Notes: generated from the sequence alone by a model not told the origin. Shown: positions 30,422 through 39,493, counted from the stretch's first letter. The stretch is DNA of 64,000 nucleotides from Actinomycetales bacterium (GCA_012729695.1 JAAYCP010000014.1:4385-68384); one strand, 5' to 3'. Made by a program: numbers and translations.

Positions 30422-30748
30422 GTGGCAAAGCGCACAATCACCAAGCTCATCGACGATGTGGACGGTTCGGACGCTACCGAGACCATTTCCTTCGCACTCG
30501 ACGGTGTGAGCTACGAGATCGACCTCAGCGACGACAACGCCGCCAAGCTGCGTGACGCGTTCGCGGTCTGGACGGCCCACGCCACCCGCGTCGGCGGTCG
30601 TCGTCGCACGGGTTCGGCCGGCTCCTCCGGCGGCAAGGAGGACCTCGAGGCGATCCGCCAGTGGGCCCGGGAGAACGGCTTCAAGGTCGCCGACCGCGGC
30701 CGGATCAGCTCCAAGGTCAAGGAGGCCTACGCCGCGGCGCACGGCTGA
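30422..30748 (+). CDS. lsr2: Nucleoid-associated protein Lsr2
   Basis: GTG start after GGAGA. MAKRTITKLIDDVDGSDATETISFALDGVSYEIDLSDDNAAKLRDAF ... IRQWARENGFKVADRGRISSKVKEAY is near-canonical Lsr2. Confidence 0.95.
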   Translation: MAKRTITKLIDDVDGSDATETISFALDGVSYEIDLSDDNAAKLRDAFAVWTAHATRVGGRRRTGSAGSSGGKEDLEAIRQWARENGFKVADRGRISSKVKEAYAAAHG

Positions 30749-30750
30749 GC

Positions 30751-31416
30751 ATGACTGAGGGTGGTTCGACCGCCCGCCGAGCGGCGGTCGTCCCCGATGC
30801 GGGAAAGGCCGCCTCTCGGCTGTCTGCGGTGCACGGGTGGTTGCGGTTCCGCTCCACCGGCCGGCCGCTCCCGCGTCGGCTCACTGACGACGTCGCCGGC
30901 TGGCAGGCTGCGGTCCTCGCAGACCACCGCAGGTGGTACGGCGTCGATGCTCCTGTCCAGGTGAGTGGGGCTTTCGTCCTGCAGTACCTGCTCCAGGTGC
31001 CCGCGCATACCGCCGCCCTGGCCGCCGCAGCCGGTATGCGGGTGCGCGACCTCGCTGTTCTTAGCTTCGAGCTCGGGCCCGGCGGCGTGCCTGCCCTCGT
31101 CGAGACCGGCCCGTTGGAGCAGCTGGCCGGGGACCTGGCACATCGTCTGGAGTCGGCGGAGTCCGACTACCGCGCAGTCGCCGAGCCACTGGCTCGGGCC
31201 TACCGCTCGTCCCGACGGATGAGCAGTCACCAGCGCCTCGGAATGGTCGCCGATATGTGGGCCGACGCGCTCCGGGTCGCCGCTCCTGGTGCCCTCGAAC
31301 CGGACCGGCGGCGCACCTCCTGCTGCCTGATCTATGCGCTGCCCGGGTGCGTGACGTGCAGTGGCTGCCCGCGACAAGGACCAGGACGAAGGACCGGAGC
31401 GCGCCGCAATCGGTGA
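30751..31416 (+). CDS. FhuF-like (2Fe-2S)-binding protein / ferric-siderophore reductase family
   Basis: C-terminal CCLIYALPGCVTCSGCP matches the FhuF C-C-x10-C-x2-C cluster motif. The ATG is 2 nt after the lsr2 stop. Confidence 0.7.
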   Translation: MTEGGSTARRAAVVPDAGKAASRLSAVHGWLRFRSTGRPLPRRLTDDVAGWQAAVLADHRRWYGVDAPVQVSGAFVLQYLLQVPAHTAALAAAAGMRVRDLAVLSFELGPGGVPALVETGPLEQLAGDLAHRLESAESDYRAVAEPLARAYRSSRRMSSHQRLGMVADMWADALRVAAPGALEPDRRRTSCCLIYALPGCVTCSGCPRQGPGRRTGARRNR

Positions 31417-31425
31417 GCAGAACGC

Positions 31426-32298
31426 CTAGTGAAGCGGCGCAGCCAGGTCGCCGAGCTCGTCGATGCGATCCAGCACGTCGTCGAACATCACCTGCTCGAA
31501 CCTCCCCCCGGAGGCACCGGTCTCGACCTCGTCCCAGGTGCGGGGGGCGGCGATATTGGGCAGTTCCCGACCACGCATGGAATAGGGGCAGATGGTCGTC
31601 TTGGCCGCCACATTCTGGCTCCAGTCGAGAAAGACCTTCCCGGGGCGGAGGGACTTCGTCATCTTCCACAGGACGAGGTCAGGGAACTTCTTCGTCATCT
31701 CCTGAGCGAGCTGTTGTGCCAGATCGCGGACCTGGTCCGAGGTCAGGTCGCCCCCGAGTGAGGCATAGAGCTGCATTCCCTTGCTCCCGGAAGTCACGGG
31801 AATGAGTTCCAGCCCGAGTCCTTCGAGGCGTTCCCGGAGTCTGAGCGCCACCACGGCGCACTCCTTCAGACCGGCTGGCCTCCCCGGATCGAGATCGAGA
31901 ACGAGACGGTCGGGATTGTCCGGCTGGCCATCGGCATTCACGCGCCACTGCGGAATGTGGAACTCGATGGAGTTGAGATTGACCAGATAGGTCAGCGTGG
32001 CCACATCGGGGACGAATGGGTACGTCATCTCGTCGAAGCTCGTGTGGGTCATCCAGCTCGGCGCACCGGAGGGGAGGTTCTTCTCGAAGAAGGACATGTC
32101 ATTGACGCCATGGGGATAGCGCACCCGGGTGACCGGCCGGTCGGCGAGCAGCGGCAGGAAGTAGGCGCTGATCTGGGCGTAGTAGTTGAGGACCTCCCCC
32201 TTGGTGGTCTCCGTGGCGGGGTAGAGGATCTTGTCCAGGCTCGTCAGTCGCAGCCGGCGACCGTCGACGACGACCTTCTGGACCTCGGGCTCAGGCAT
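31426..32298 (-). CDS. Stand-alone LigD-type primase-polymerase (NHEJ Pol domain)
   Basis: LTSLDKILYPATETTKGEVLNYYAQISAYFLPLLADRPVTRVRYPHG ... LVLDLDPG. ATG at 32298 overlaps the ligase stop (ATGCCTGA). Confidence 0.88.
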   Translation of the reverse strand: MPEPEVQKVVVDGRRLRLTSLDKILYPATETTKGEVLNYYAQISAYFLPLLADRPVTRVRYPHGVNDMSFFEKNLPSGAPSWMTHTSFDEMTYPFVPDVATLTYLVNLNSIEFHIPQWRVNADGQPDNPDRLVLDLDPGRPAGLKECAVVALRLRERLEGLGLELIPVTSGSKGMQLYASLGGDLTSDQVRDLAQQLAQEMTKKFPDLVLWKMTKSLRPGKVFLDWSQNVAAKTTICPYSMRGRELPNIAAPRTWDEVETGASGGRFEQVMFDDVLDRIDELGDLAAPLH

Positions 32299-33235
32299 CG
32301 TCGTCCTCCTCGAGGTCCGCGGGTGAGAGGTCGGTGCGGGTCGCGACATAGCTCGGCTGGCGGAGTCGACCGCCGCTGGAACGCCCCAGGGCCCGCACGT
32401 CGACGACCACCTCGGGCCGCACCCACCTCGCCTGATGAGCGTCCTCCCGGGGCAGCGGCGTGACGAACGGGCTGGTCGACGTCTGCAGGGGAGCGAGGGT
32501 CCGGCTCATCGCGACCCCGGCGCGGCCGGCGAGGCCGGAGCCCACCCGGCCGATGAAGTGCAGGCCACCCTTGGCGGGCATCCCCACGAGGACGGCACCG
32601 AGCCGGCTGTCGCTGCCGGTCTCCGGACGCCACCCGCCGACGACGGCGCTGACGAGCGGGCGGTGCGGGATCTTGACCCAGTCCGGCGAGCGTCGCCCCG
32701 GCAGATAGGGACTCGTGCGCCGCTTGCTCATGACGCCCTCGAGCCCCTGGTCGGCCGTGGCCTCGAGCAGCTGCTCCCCGTCGTCGTAGACCGGCGACGT
32801 CCGCCACCGCGGCCCGTTCAGGTCGAGCCGCTCGAGGAGCTCCCGACGCGCCTGCCACGGCTGGCTCGTCAGGTCTGAGCCGAAGAGCCGCAGCAGGTCG
32901 AACACCATGAGCGTCACGGGCCGGGTCGCCGCCAGGGTGGCAGCCTTCTTGGCGCTGCGCACATGCATCCGCTCGGCCAGCGCGCCGAAGCTCGGCACCC
33001 CGCCGTCGAAGGCGACGATCTCGGCGTCGAGGAGGGCGTCGTCGTACAGCTCGGCGAGGGGCGCCAGCTCGGGGTATGCGGCGGTCACGTCATTGCCGTT
33101 GCGGGACGTGAGCGTCAGGTGGCCTTTGCGCAGGTCGGCCAGCACGCGCATACCGTCCCACTTGACCTCGTGCACCCACTCAGGGCCGGTCGGGACGCGG
33201 TCCGCCGGCGTCGCGAGCATGGGCGAGGCGGGCAC
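32291..33235 (-). CDS. ATP-dependent DNA ligase (LigD ligase-domain type, stand-alone)
   Basis: PMLATP ... WVHEVKWDGMR (adenylation Lys motif I) ... EGVMSKR ... WVKIP. 314 aa. Confidence 0.9.
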   Translation of the reverse strand: MPASPMLATPADRVPTGPEWVHEVKWDGMRVLADLRKGHLTLTSRNGNDVTAAYPELAPLAELYDDALLDAEIVAFDGGVPSFGALAERMHVRSAKKAATLAATRPVTLMVFDLLRLFGSDLTSQPWQARRELLERLDLNGPRWRTSPVYDDGEQLLEATADQGLEGVMSKRRTSPYLPGRRSPDWVKIPHRPLVSAVVGGWRPETGSDSRLGAVLVGMPAKGGLHFIGRVGSGLAGRAGVAMSRTLAPLQTSTSPFVTPLPREDAHQARWVRPEVVVDVRALGRSSGGRLRQPSYVATRTDLSPADLEEDDDA

Positions 33236-33278
33236 GATGCCTATCCTCTCAGCCTGCTACCACGGCATGCTTGGTCTC

Positions 33279-34301
33279 ATGCGTGCAATCTGGAGAGGCG
33301 CGGTCAGCTTCGGCCTGGTGAACGTTCCCGTCCGGCTGTACTCCGCGACGGAGAACCACGACGTGCAGTTCCGGCAGGTGCACCGCGAGGACGGCGGCCG
33401 CATCCGCTACAAGCGGATCTGCTCGATCGACGGCGAGGAGGTCGCCTACGACGACATCGCGAAGGGCTACGAGACCGAGGACGGCGAGATGGTCGTCCTC
33501 ACCGACGAGGACTTCAAGGATCTCCCGGCCCGGACGTCCAAGGAGATCTCGGTCGAGAAGTTCGTCCCCGCCGAGCAGATCGACCCCATGCTGCTGGACA
33601 AGTCCTACTACCTCGAGCCCGACAAGTCCGCGATCAAGCCCTACGTGCTGCTCCGCGAGGCCCTCGAGTCCGAGAACCGGATGGCCATCGTCACAGTCTC
33701 GATCCGGACCCGGATGACGATGGCGGTCCTGCGGGTGCGGGACGGCGTCATCGTCATGCAGACGATGCTCTGGCCCGATGAGATCCGCTCTCCCGACTTC
33801 GCGTTCGTCGGCTCCGATGGTGAGGCGAGCAAGCAGGAGATGGCGATGGCCAAGATGCTCATCGACCAGCTCGCCGGCGACTACGACCCTGCGGAGTACG
33901 AGGACGACTACGCCGCCGCCGTCCAGGCGCTCGTCAAGGCCAAGGTCGAGGGCGGCGAGGTGGCACCCGCTGCCGAGCCCGCGGAGGAGTCCGGCGAGGT
34001 CATCGACCTGCTCGCGGCTCTCTCCCGGTCGGTGGAGCGGGCCAAGGCAGCCCGGGGCGAGGTGTCGTCGTCCGACGCCGGCGATGATGACGCCGGCGAT
34101 GATGACGCCGGTGATGAGGACGACGGCTCGTCGACGACGAAGAAGACGGCCGCCAAGCGCTCGACCGCTAAGAAGTCGGAGTCGAGGACGACCGGGACGA
34201 AGAAGCCCGCCAAGAAGCAGGCGGCGAAGAAGTCCGCCGCGAAGAAGACGACAGCCAAGAAGGCCACGACCAAGAAGGCAGCGGAGAAGAAGGCGAGCTG
34301 A
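33279..34301 (+). CDS. ku: Ku protein with acidic repeat and Lys/Ala-rich C-terminal tail
   Basis: MRAIWRGAVSFGLVNVPVRLYSAT ... YYLEPDK. The tail is DAGDD-DAGDD-DAGDE followed by KKTAAKRSTAKK...KKAAEKKAS. Confidence 0.93.
   Translation: MRAIWRGAVSFGLVNVPVRLYSATENHDVQFRQVHREDGGRIRYKRICSIDGEEVAYDDIAKGYETEDGEMVVLTDEDFKDLPARTSKEISVEKFVPAEQIDPMLLDKSYYLEPDKSAIKPYVLLREALESENRMAIVTVSIRTRMTMAVLRVRDGVIVMQTMLWPDEIRSPDFAFVGSDGEASKQEMAMAKMLIDQLAGDYDPAEYEDDYAAAVQALVKAKVEGGEVAPAAEPAEESGEVIDLLAALSRSVERAKAARGEVSSSDAGDDDAGDDDAGDEDDGSSTTKKTAAKRSTAKKSESRTTGTKKPAKKQAAKKSAAKKTTAKKATTKKAAEKKAS
34073..34117. repeat. 15-bp coding tandem repeat x3 (GACGCCGGCGATGAT x2, GACGCCGGTGATGAG) in ku
   Basis: Read directly. 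It encodes DAGDD DAGDD DAGDE. Confidence 0.9.
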
Positions 34302-34371
34302 GCCGGACTGTGCACCGCTGAGTACCGGCACTCATTGCTGACGGCGGTGAGGACGGAGGAGCGTTGGGCGC

Positions 34372-34806
34372 ATGCGTAGCATCGGAGCGGTCCTGGTTCG
34401 AGCGGTCGTCATCGTGGTCGCCATGCAGCTGACCGGGTGGCTGGTCGTCTGGCTGGCCCCGGGCCCGGACGCCAACATCGGTGCCGGGCTGTTGGCCTTC
34501 GCCGCCGGCGCCCTCATCGCCTTCCTCTGGGCCCTGCGGGATACGAGAACCGTGCCGACCGGTCCCGTCCTGCTGCGGTGGCTGCTCACAGGTGCGCTTG
34601 CAGCGCTCGGCTTCTGGGCGGTCGGGGCGGTCCGGGAGCCGGACGCGGCGCTCTCCGACCTGGCCACCGTGGCACCGTTCATCGCTGCTGTCGTTCTGGT
34701 GCCGGCCCTCGCCGGAGTGGCCCTCGGTGCCACGGCCCGCACCCGGCCCGCTCCGGCGCCGGAGTCCAACCCAGAGCCGCAGGTGGACCAGACCCCTGCG
34801 CAGTGA
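34372..34806 (+). CDS. Hypothetical integral membrane protein (about 4 TM)
   Basis: ATG ORF of 144 aa with four hydrophobic segments and a Pro-rich tail. No family recognised. Confidence 0.55.
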   Translation: MRSIGAVLVRAVVIVVAMQLTGWLVVWLAPGPDANIGAGLLAFAAGALIAFLWALRDTRTVPTGPVLLRWLLTGALAALGFWAVGAVREPDAALSDLATVAPFIAAVVLVPALAGVALGATARTRPAPAPESNPEPQVDQTPAQ

Positions 34807-34850
34807 CGGTGGTGCGCCTCTCGGCTGTTCCCTCCGCCTAGCATCGGGCC

Positions 34851-35780
34851 ATGCCCGAAGGTCATACGCTCCATCGCCTCGCGCTCACCCTCGACCGCGC
34901 CTTCGCGGGCACCCGCCCTCGCGCGTCCAGCCCGCAGGGGCGCTTCGTCGACGGCGCCGCCCTCATCGACGGACGCCTGCTCGAGCGGGCCGAGGCCTGG
35001 GGCAAGCACCTCTTCCTCGTCTTCGAGGGCGACGTCATCCTCAACATCCACCTGGGTCTCATCGGGGTGCTCGACGTCACCGGGTACGAAGGAGTCGTGC
35101 CCGCGCCGGTCGGCGCGGTCCGGCTCAGACTCGTCGGCGAGCGACACGTGGCCGATCTGCGCGGGGCGACCGTCGTCGAGATCGTCACCCCCGAGGAGAT
35201 GGACGCCACGCTCGCGCGGCTCGGTCCGGACCCGCTGCGTGCCGGGACCGAGAGCAACGAGCCGGAGCGGGCCCTGGCCCGGATGGCCCGCACCGGCCGG
35301 ACCTTCGCCGAGACGCTCATGGACCAGTCGGTCATCGCGGGCGTCGGCAACCTCTACCGCTGCGAGGTCCTCTTCCGTCACCGCGTCGACCCGTTCCGTC
35401 CCGCCAAGGAGATCCGCCCGGCGACGTTCCTGCGGATCTGGGACGACCTGGTCGACCTCCTCGCGATCGGGGTCGCCTTCGGACAGATCATCACGATGGA
35501 GCACCAGCTGGAGGAGGCCCGCGAGATCCTCCGTGGGCTGGACGAGAGCGCGAGTGACGCATACCGCCATCACCGGCTCACCCTGGTCGACTGGCAGGGA
35601 CGCGATGAGGCCGAGGCGGGTGGTCGTCCGGCCTACGAACGAAGCGGTCCGTTCCCTCGGGAGTATGCGGTGTACCAGCGCAACGGGGAAGCGTGCTACA
35701 CCTGCGGGTCACGGATCCGCACCCGCGTGGTGGCCGGCCGGAACCTGTTCTGGTGTGGTCGCTGCCAACGTCGTCGCTGA
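34851..35780 (+). CDS. nei: Fpg/Nei-family DNA glycosylase (endonuclease VIII-like)
   Basis: N-terminal MPEGHTL (catalytic Pro2/Glu3), H2TH GVGNLYRCEVLF, and a C-terminal zinc finger CYTCGSRI...WCGRCQ. Confidence 0.9.
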   Translation: MPEGHTLHRLALTLDRAFAGTRPRASSPQGRFVDGAALIDGRLLERAEAWGKHLFLVFEGDVILNIHLGLIGVLDVTGYEGVVPAPVGAVRLRLVGERHVADLRGATVVEIVTPEEMDATLARLGPDPLRAGTESNEPERALARMARTGRTFAETLMDQSVIAGVGNLYRCEVLFRHRVDPFRPAKEIRPATFLRIWDDLVDLLAIGVAFGQIITMEHQLEEAREILRGLDESASDAYRHHRLTLVDWQGRDEAEAGGRPAYERSGPFPREYAVYQRNGEACYTCGSRIRTRVVAGRNLFWCGRCQRRR

Positions 35781-35834
35781 GATCCTTGCCACTGTTGGTT
35801 GCTCGCGAGGCCCGGCGACGGGAGACTATGCCGG

Positions 35835-37016
35835 ATGAGCACTTCTCGGCCACCTCGACGTGTCGGACGGCGCGCCTTCCTCGGCGCGGCCGCTGCCGCG
35901 CTGGCGGCGTGCTCGGGGGACCCCGAGGCGGGCCCGACCAGTACCCCGTCGACGCCCGTGACCCCGGACCCGACCTTCTCCAGTGCCGCCCCGGAGGAGC
36001 GGGCCCTCGTGTGGGCCACCTGGCCGGACTACATCGACGTCGATGACGCGGAAGGCCGCCCTACCCTCGCTGCTTTCCAGGCGCAGTCCGGCATCCCCGT
36101 CGACTACCAGGAGGTCATCGAGGACAACGACGAGTACATCGAGTCCATTCGTCCTCAGCTCGAGGCGCACGAGCCCGTCGGCGCCGACATCGTCACCCTC
36201 ACCACCTGGATGGCGGCCAACCTCGTCCAGGCCGGGTACATGCAGCCGTTCGGTCCCGGCGAGAGCGCCGCGCGGATCATCCCGGCGCTCGCGAAGCCGT
36301 CGTGGGACCCGGAGCAGGCCTACTCCGTGCCGTGGCAGGCGGGGCTGACGGGCATCGCCTACGACGCCCGTCACGTCGACCGCGCCATCGGCTCGGTGGA
36401 CGAGCTGTTCACCCGGGAGGACCTGCGGGGCAAGGTCGGCATGCTCAAGGACTTCAGCGACACCGTGGGCCTCGCGCTCCTGGCGCGGGGGATCTCGCTG
36501 TCCGCCGCGAGTGAGAACGACGTCGCCGAGGTCATCGCCGACCTGTCCGAGCTCAACGAGCAGGGGGTCTTTGCCGGGTTCTACGGCAACGAGTACCTCG
36601 ACGCGCTCGACGACGGCTCGGTCACCGCCTGCCTCGCCTGGAGCGGCGACATCCTCCAGGCCCAGGCCGACAACCCCTACCTCAAGTTCGTCGTCCCGGA
36701 GGAGGGCCTCGTCATCTGGGCCGACAACCTCCTCGTGCCGGCCGGGTCTGCACAGGCCGAGGCAGCGCGGATGCTCGCGGACTACTTCTACCGGCCGGAC
36801 GTCGCGGCGACCGTGGCGGCGTGGGTCAACTACATCTGCCCGGTGGTGGGGGCCCAGGAGGCCATGGAGGCCCTCGACCCGTCGTTGGCGGCCAACCCGC
36901 TCATCTTCCCGGACCGGACCATCCTCGACCGCTCCTTCCAGCTGCCGCCGCTGCCCGGGGACGCCGAGGCCAAGCAGCGCGCTGCGTTCGCCGCCCTCGC
37001 CGGAGGTGCGTCGTGA
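35835..37016 (+). CDS. Tat-exported lipoprotein, polyamine-type (PotD/PotF-like) ABC substrate-binding protein; no cognate permease or ATPase nearby
   Basis: RRAFLGAAAAALAACSG twin-Arg plus lipobox. The body resembles spermidine/putrescine SBPs (WPDYID ... LTTWMAANLVQAGYMQPF). Confidence 0.8.
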   Translation: MSTSRPPRRVGRRAFLGAAAAALAACSGDPEAGPTSTPSTPVTPDPTFSSAAPEERALVWATWPDYIDVDDAEGRPTLAAFQAQSGIPVDYQEVIEDNDEYIESIRPQLEAHEPVGADIVTLTTWMAANLVQAGYMQPFGPGESAARIIPALAKPSWDPEQAYSVPWQAGLTGIAYDARHVDRAIGSVDELFTREDLRGKVGMLKDFSDTVGLALLARGISLSAASENDVAEVIADLSELNEQGVFAGFYGNEYLDALDDGSVTACLAWSGDILQAQADNPYLKFVVPEEGLVIWADNLLVPAGSAQAEAARMLADYFYRPDVAATVAAWVNYICPVVGAQEAMEALDPSLAANPLIFPDRTILDRSFQLPPLPGDAEAKQRAAFAALAGGAS

Positions 37017-38737
37017 CCCAGCAGCCGCGCACCCGCTCAGGACGGCACGCCTCGACGAGCACGCGTCGCGATCCGCAGCTCATCGCGATCGTCGTGGTCG
37101 TCGCCCTGGTCGCCGTGCTGGGTCTCGGGTTCCTCGTGACCAGGCTCATCGGAGGTGATGGCGCTGCCGCTGACGACGACCCCGACATCGTCCAGGCAGC
37201 GGACGGGGACTCCAGCGGCTGCGAGACCACGACCCGGGTCGACGTCGTCGCCGATCCGGCCATCTCGACCGCCGTGGCATCTGCTCTCGCCCCGCTCGCG
37301 AACAGCCCCTCGTGCATCGACGCCCAGGTCGCAGCACAGGCGTCCGACCTCGCGGCCGACGCGATCAGCCGACCCGAGGGGGTCGGCCTCGGCGGCTCGC
37401 TGCCCGATGTCTGGATCCCGTCCTCGTCGTTGTGGGTCGCCCAGGCCAGGTCCACCGACGCTGGCGCAGCGCGCCTGACAGGTGACCCTGCCCCACTCGC
37501 ACGCAGCCCGATCGTGGTCGCGGCGAAGCCCGAGACAGCCAGTGCGCTGGGCTGGCCGGATGCCGGCACCTCCTGGAAGGCCCTCGTCGAGGGCGGGGCG
37601 ACGAGCGCAGCGTCCGCGGACCCACGCTCCGATACAGCAGCCCTCTCGGCGCTCATCGCCGCAACCGGGGGGAGCCCGACCCCGGAGGTCGTGGCGGCCA
37701 TGAGCCCCCGGCTCGCGGTCCCCCCAGCACAAGGGCGCAGCCCCGCCCAGATGGTGCTCGAGGACGTCGCGGCCGTGATGCCTACCTCCGAGCTCGACGT
37801 CATCCGGACCCAGGTCTCAGGCGACCGGCCCGGCGCACTCTCGGTCGCATACGACGAGAGCCTGGGCTCTCTCGACTTCCCGCTCGTGACCGTCGCCGGT
37901 GACTCCGAGGTCGGCGCCGAGGCCGTTGAGGCGATCTCGGAGCGGCTCCGCAGCGAGCAGTCACTCGCGGCGTTCTCGGAGCTCGGACTGCGCACCGTCG
38001 ACGGGGGTCTCGCCGACCGCTACCACGACGGCTTCGGGGTGGATGCGGGGGCGAGCGCACCGGAGCCTGCCGCGGCCGAGGAAGCCGTCCGCGGCGCTCT
38101 CGACGCGTGGGCCGTTGCCGGCCGCCGGGCTCGCATCCTCGTCGTCGTCGACCGCTCCGGCTCCATGCTCAACGCCATGCCCGGCGGTACCGTGCCCAAG
38201 GCCACCCTGGCGCGTGACTCGATCGTCCAGCTCGTCAGCTCGGCGTCCCCTGACACCGAGGTGGGCCTGTGGTCCTTCACGACGAACCGGGGTGATGCCT
38301 TCATCGAGGAGCTCGCTCCGATCGAGGCGCTCTCCACCCAGTCCACCGGCTCCAGCCACCGTGACCGTCTTGCTGCCGGCGTGACGGGGATCCAGCCGAT
38401 CCCCACCGGCGACACCCCGCTCTTCCAGGTGGTGCTCGATGCCTACCAGCGGGCCCAGGAGAACTACTCCTGGGGACGGCTCAACGCCGTCGTCATCGTG
38501 ACCGATGGCAAGAACGACCACCCGAGCGGCACCTTGACCGAGGAGCAGACGCTCGACCAGCTCCGCCGCCTCTACGACGGCATGCGGCCCGTGCGCATCC
38601 TGGCGCTGGGCTACGGCCCGGAGACCGACCTGGCCGGTCTGACCCGCCTCGCGGACGTCACCGGTGGTCTGGCCTTCCAGGGCCTCACCGAGCAGGAGGC
38701 GGCCACGCTCCTCGCCCGGACCCTCCCCGAGCTGTGA
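37013..38737 (+). CDS. Membrane-anchored substrate-binding-like plus von Willebrand A domain protein
   Basis: GTG at 37013 overlaps the SBP stop (GTGA). N-terminal TM LIAIVVVVALVAVLGLGFLV. vWA MIDAS VVVDRSGSM ... TPLF ... VIVTDGKND. Confidence 0.82.
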   Translation: MTQQPRTRSGRHASTSTRRDPQLIAIVVVVALVAVLGLGFLVTRLIGGDGAAADDDPDIVQAADGDSSGCETTTRVDVVADPAISTAVASALAPLANSPSCIDAQVAAQASDLAADAISRPEGVGLGGSLPDVWIPSSSLWVAQARSTDAGAARLTGDPAPLARSPIVVAAKPETASALGWPDAGTSWKALVEGGATSAASADPRSDTAALSALIAATGGSPTPEVVAAMSPRLAVPPAQGRSPAQMVLEDVAAVMPTSELDVIRTQVSGDRPGALSVAYDESLGSLDFPLVTVAGDSEVGAEAVEAISERLRSEQSLAAFSELGLRTVDGGLADRYHDGFGVDAGASAPEPAAAEEAVRGALDAWAVAGRRARILVVVDRSGSMLNAMPGGTVPKATLARDSIVQLVSSASPDTEVGLWSFTTNRGDAFIEELAPIEALSTQSTGSSHRDRLAAGVTGIQPIPTGDTPLFQVVLDAYQRAQENYSWGRLNAVVIVTDGKNDHPSGTLTEEQTLDQLRRLYDGMRPVRILALGYGPETDLAGLTRLADVTGGLAFQGLTEQEAATLLARTLPEL

Positions 38738-38775
38738 TCCTGCGCGCTGTGATCCTGTGCTCTGCGATCCTGCGC
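38731..38775. repeat. 15-bp tandem repeat x3 (GCTGTGATCCTGCGC / GCTGTGATCCTGTGC / TCTGCGATCCTGCGC) beginning at the vWA gene stop codon
   Basis: Read directly. The TGA at 38735-38737 is the stop, unit 2 carries a second in-frame TGA, and unit 3 has CGA. Confidence 0.9.
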
Positions 38776-38797
38776 CCGGGCACGTGCCTACGATGAA

Positions 38798-39493
38798 GTG
38801 ATGCGACTTCTTCTCGTCCGGCACGGCCAGACGCCGTACAACCTCATCGGTGCGCTCGACACCGCGTTCCCCGGTGCGGGGCTGACCGACCTCGGCCTCC
38901 GCCAGGCCGCCGCGGTCCCCGGAGTGCTGGAGGGGGACGAGGTGGCCGGCGTGTATGCCTCGGTCCTCGTACGCACGCAGCTCACCGCCGCCCCGCTGGC
39001 CGAGGTCCGGAGGCTGGACGTCGTGGTCGAGGAGGGGCTGGAGGAGATCTCGGCCGGGGACTTCGAGCTGCGCAACGACAAGGACGCCATCCTCGGCTAC
39101 GTCCACACCGTGGCGGGCTGGATCGAGGGGGACCTGGGCCGGATCATGCCCGGGGGCTACGACGGCCATCACTTCCTGGGGCGCTACGAGGGGGCGCTGC
39201 GCCGGATCGCGGAGTCGCACGCCGACGACGAGCTCGTGGTCGCCTTCAGCCACGGGGCAGCGATCCGGGTCTTCACCTGTCTCGCCATGGGTCTGGGTGC
39301 CGAGCAGGCCAAGGACCTGCACATCGCCAACACCGGCGCCAGCCTGCTGGAGGGGGACCCCGACCGCGGCTGGGAGCTGCGGCGCTGGGTGAGCGACCCG
39401 CTGGGCGGGGCGCACCTGCTCGATGTCGCGGCGCACGACATCACCGGTGAGGGCACCGAGGATGCCGAGGCGGAAGCACTCGACCACCACTGA
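38798..39493 (+). CDS. Histidine phosphatase (phosphoglycerate mutase-like) family protein
   Basis: LLLVRHGQTPYN catalytic RHG motif, with a later SHGAAIR. Confidence 0.88.
   Translation: MMRLLLVRHGQTPYNLIGALDTAFPGAGLTDLGLRQAAAVPGVLEGDEVAGVYASVLVRTQLTAAPLAEVRRLDVVVEEGLEEISAGDFELRNDKDAILGYVHTVAGWIEGDLGRIMPGGYDGHHFLGRYEGALRRIAESHADDELVVAFSHGAAIRVFTCLAMGLGAEQAKDLHIANTGASLLEGDPDRGWELRRWVSDPLGGAHLLDVAAHDITGEGTEDAEAEALDHH

Noticed and set aside
30208-30555. 115-aa ORF (and the minus-strand 30226-30486 ORF) overlapping the lsr2 start region
   Set aside because: They overlap the canonical Lsr2 gene or its leader, are Arg-rich, and lack SD sequences and motifs.
36821-37012. ATG-initiated upstream part of the vWA ORF overlapping the SBP gene
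   Set aside because: It lies inside the SBP coding region in another frame. The TM helix and the GTGA coupling support the GTG at 37013 as the start.
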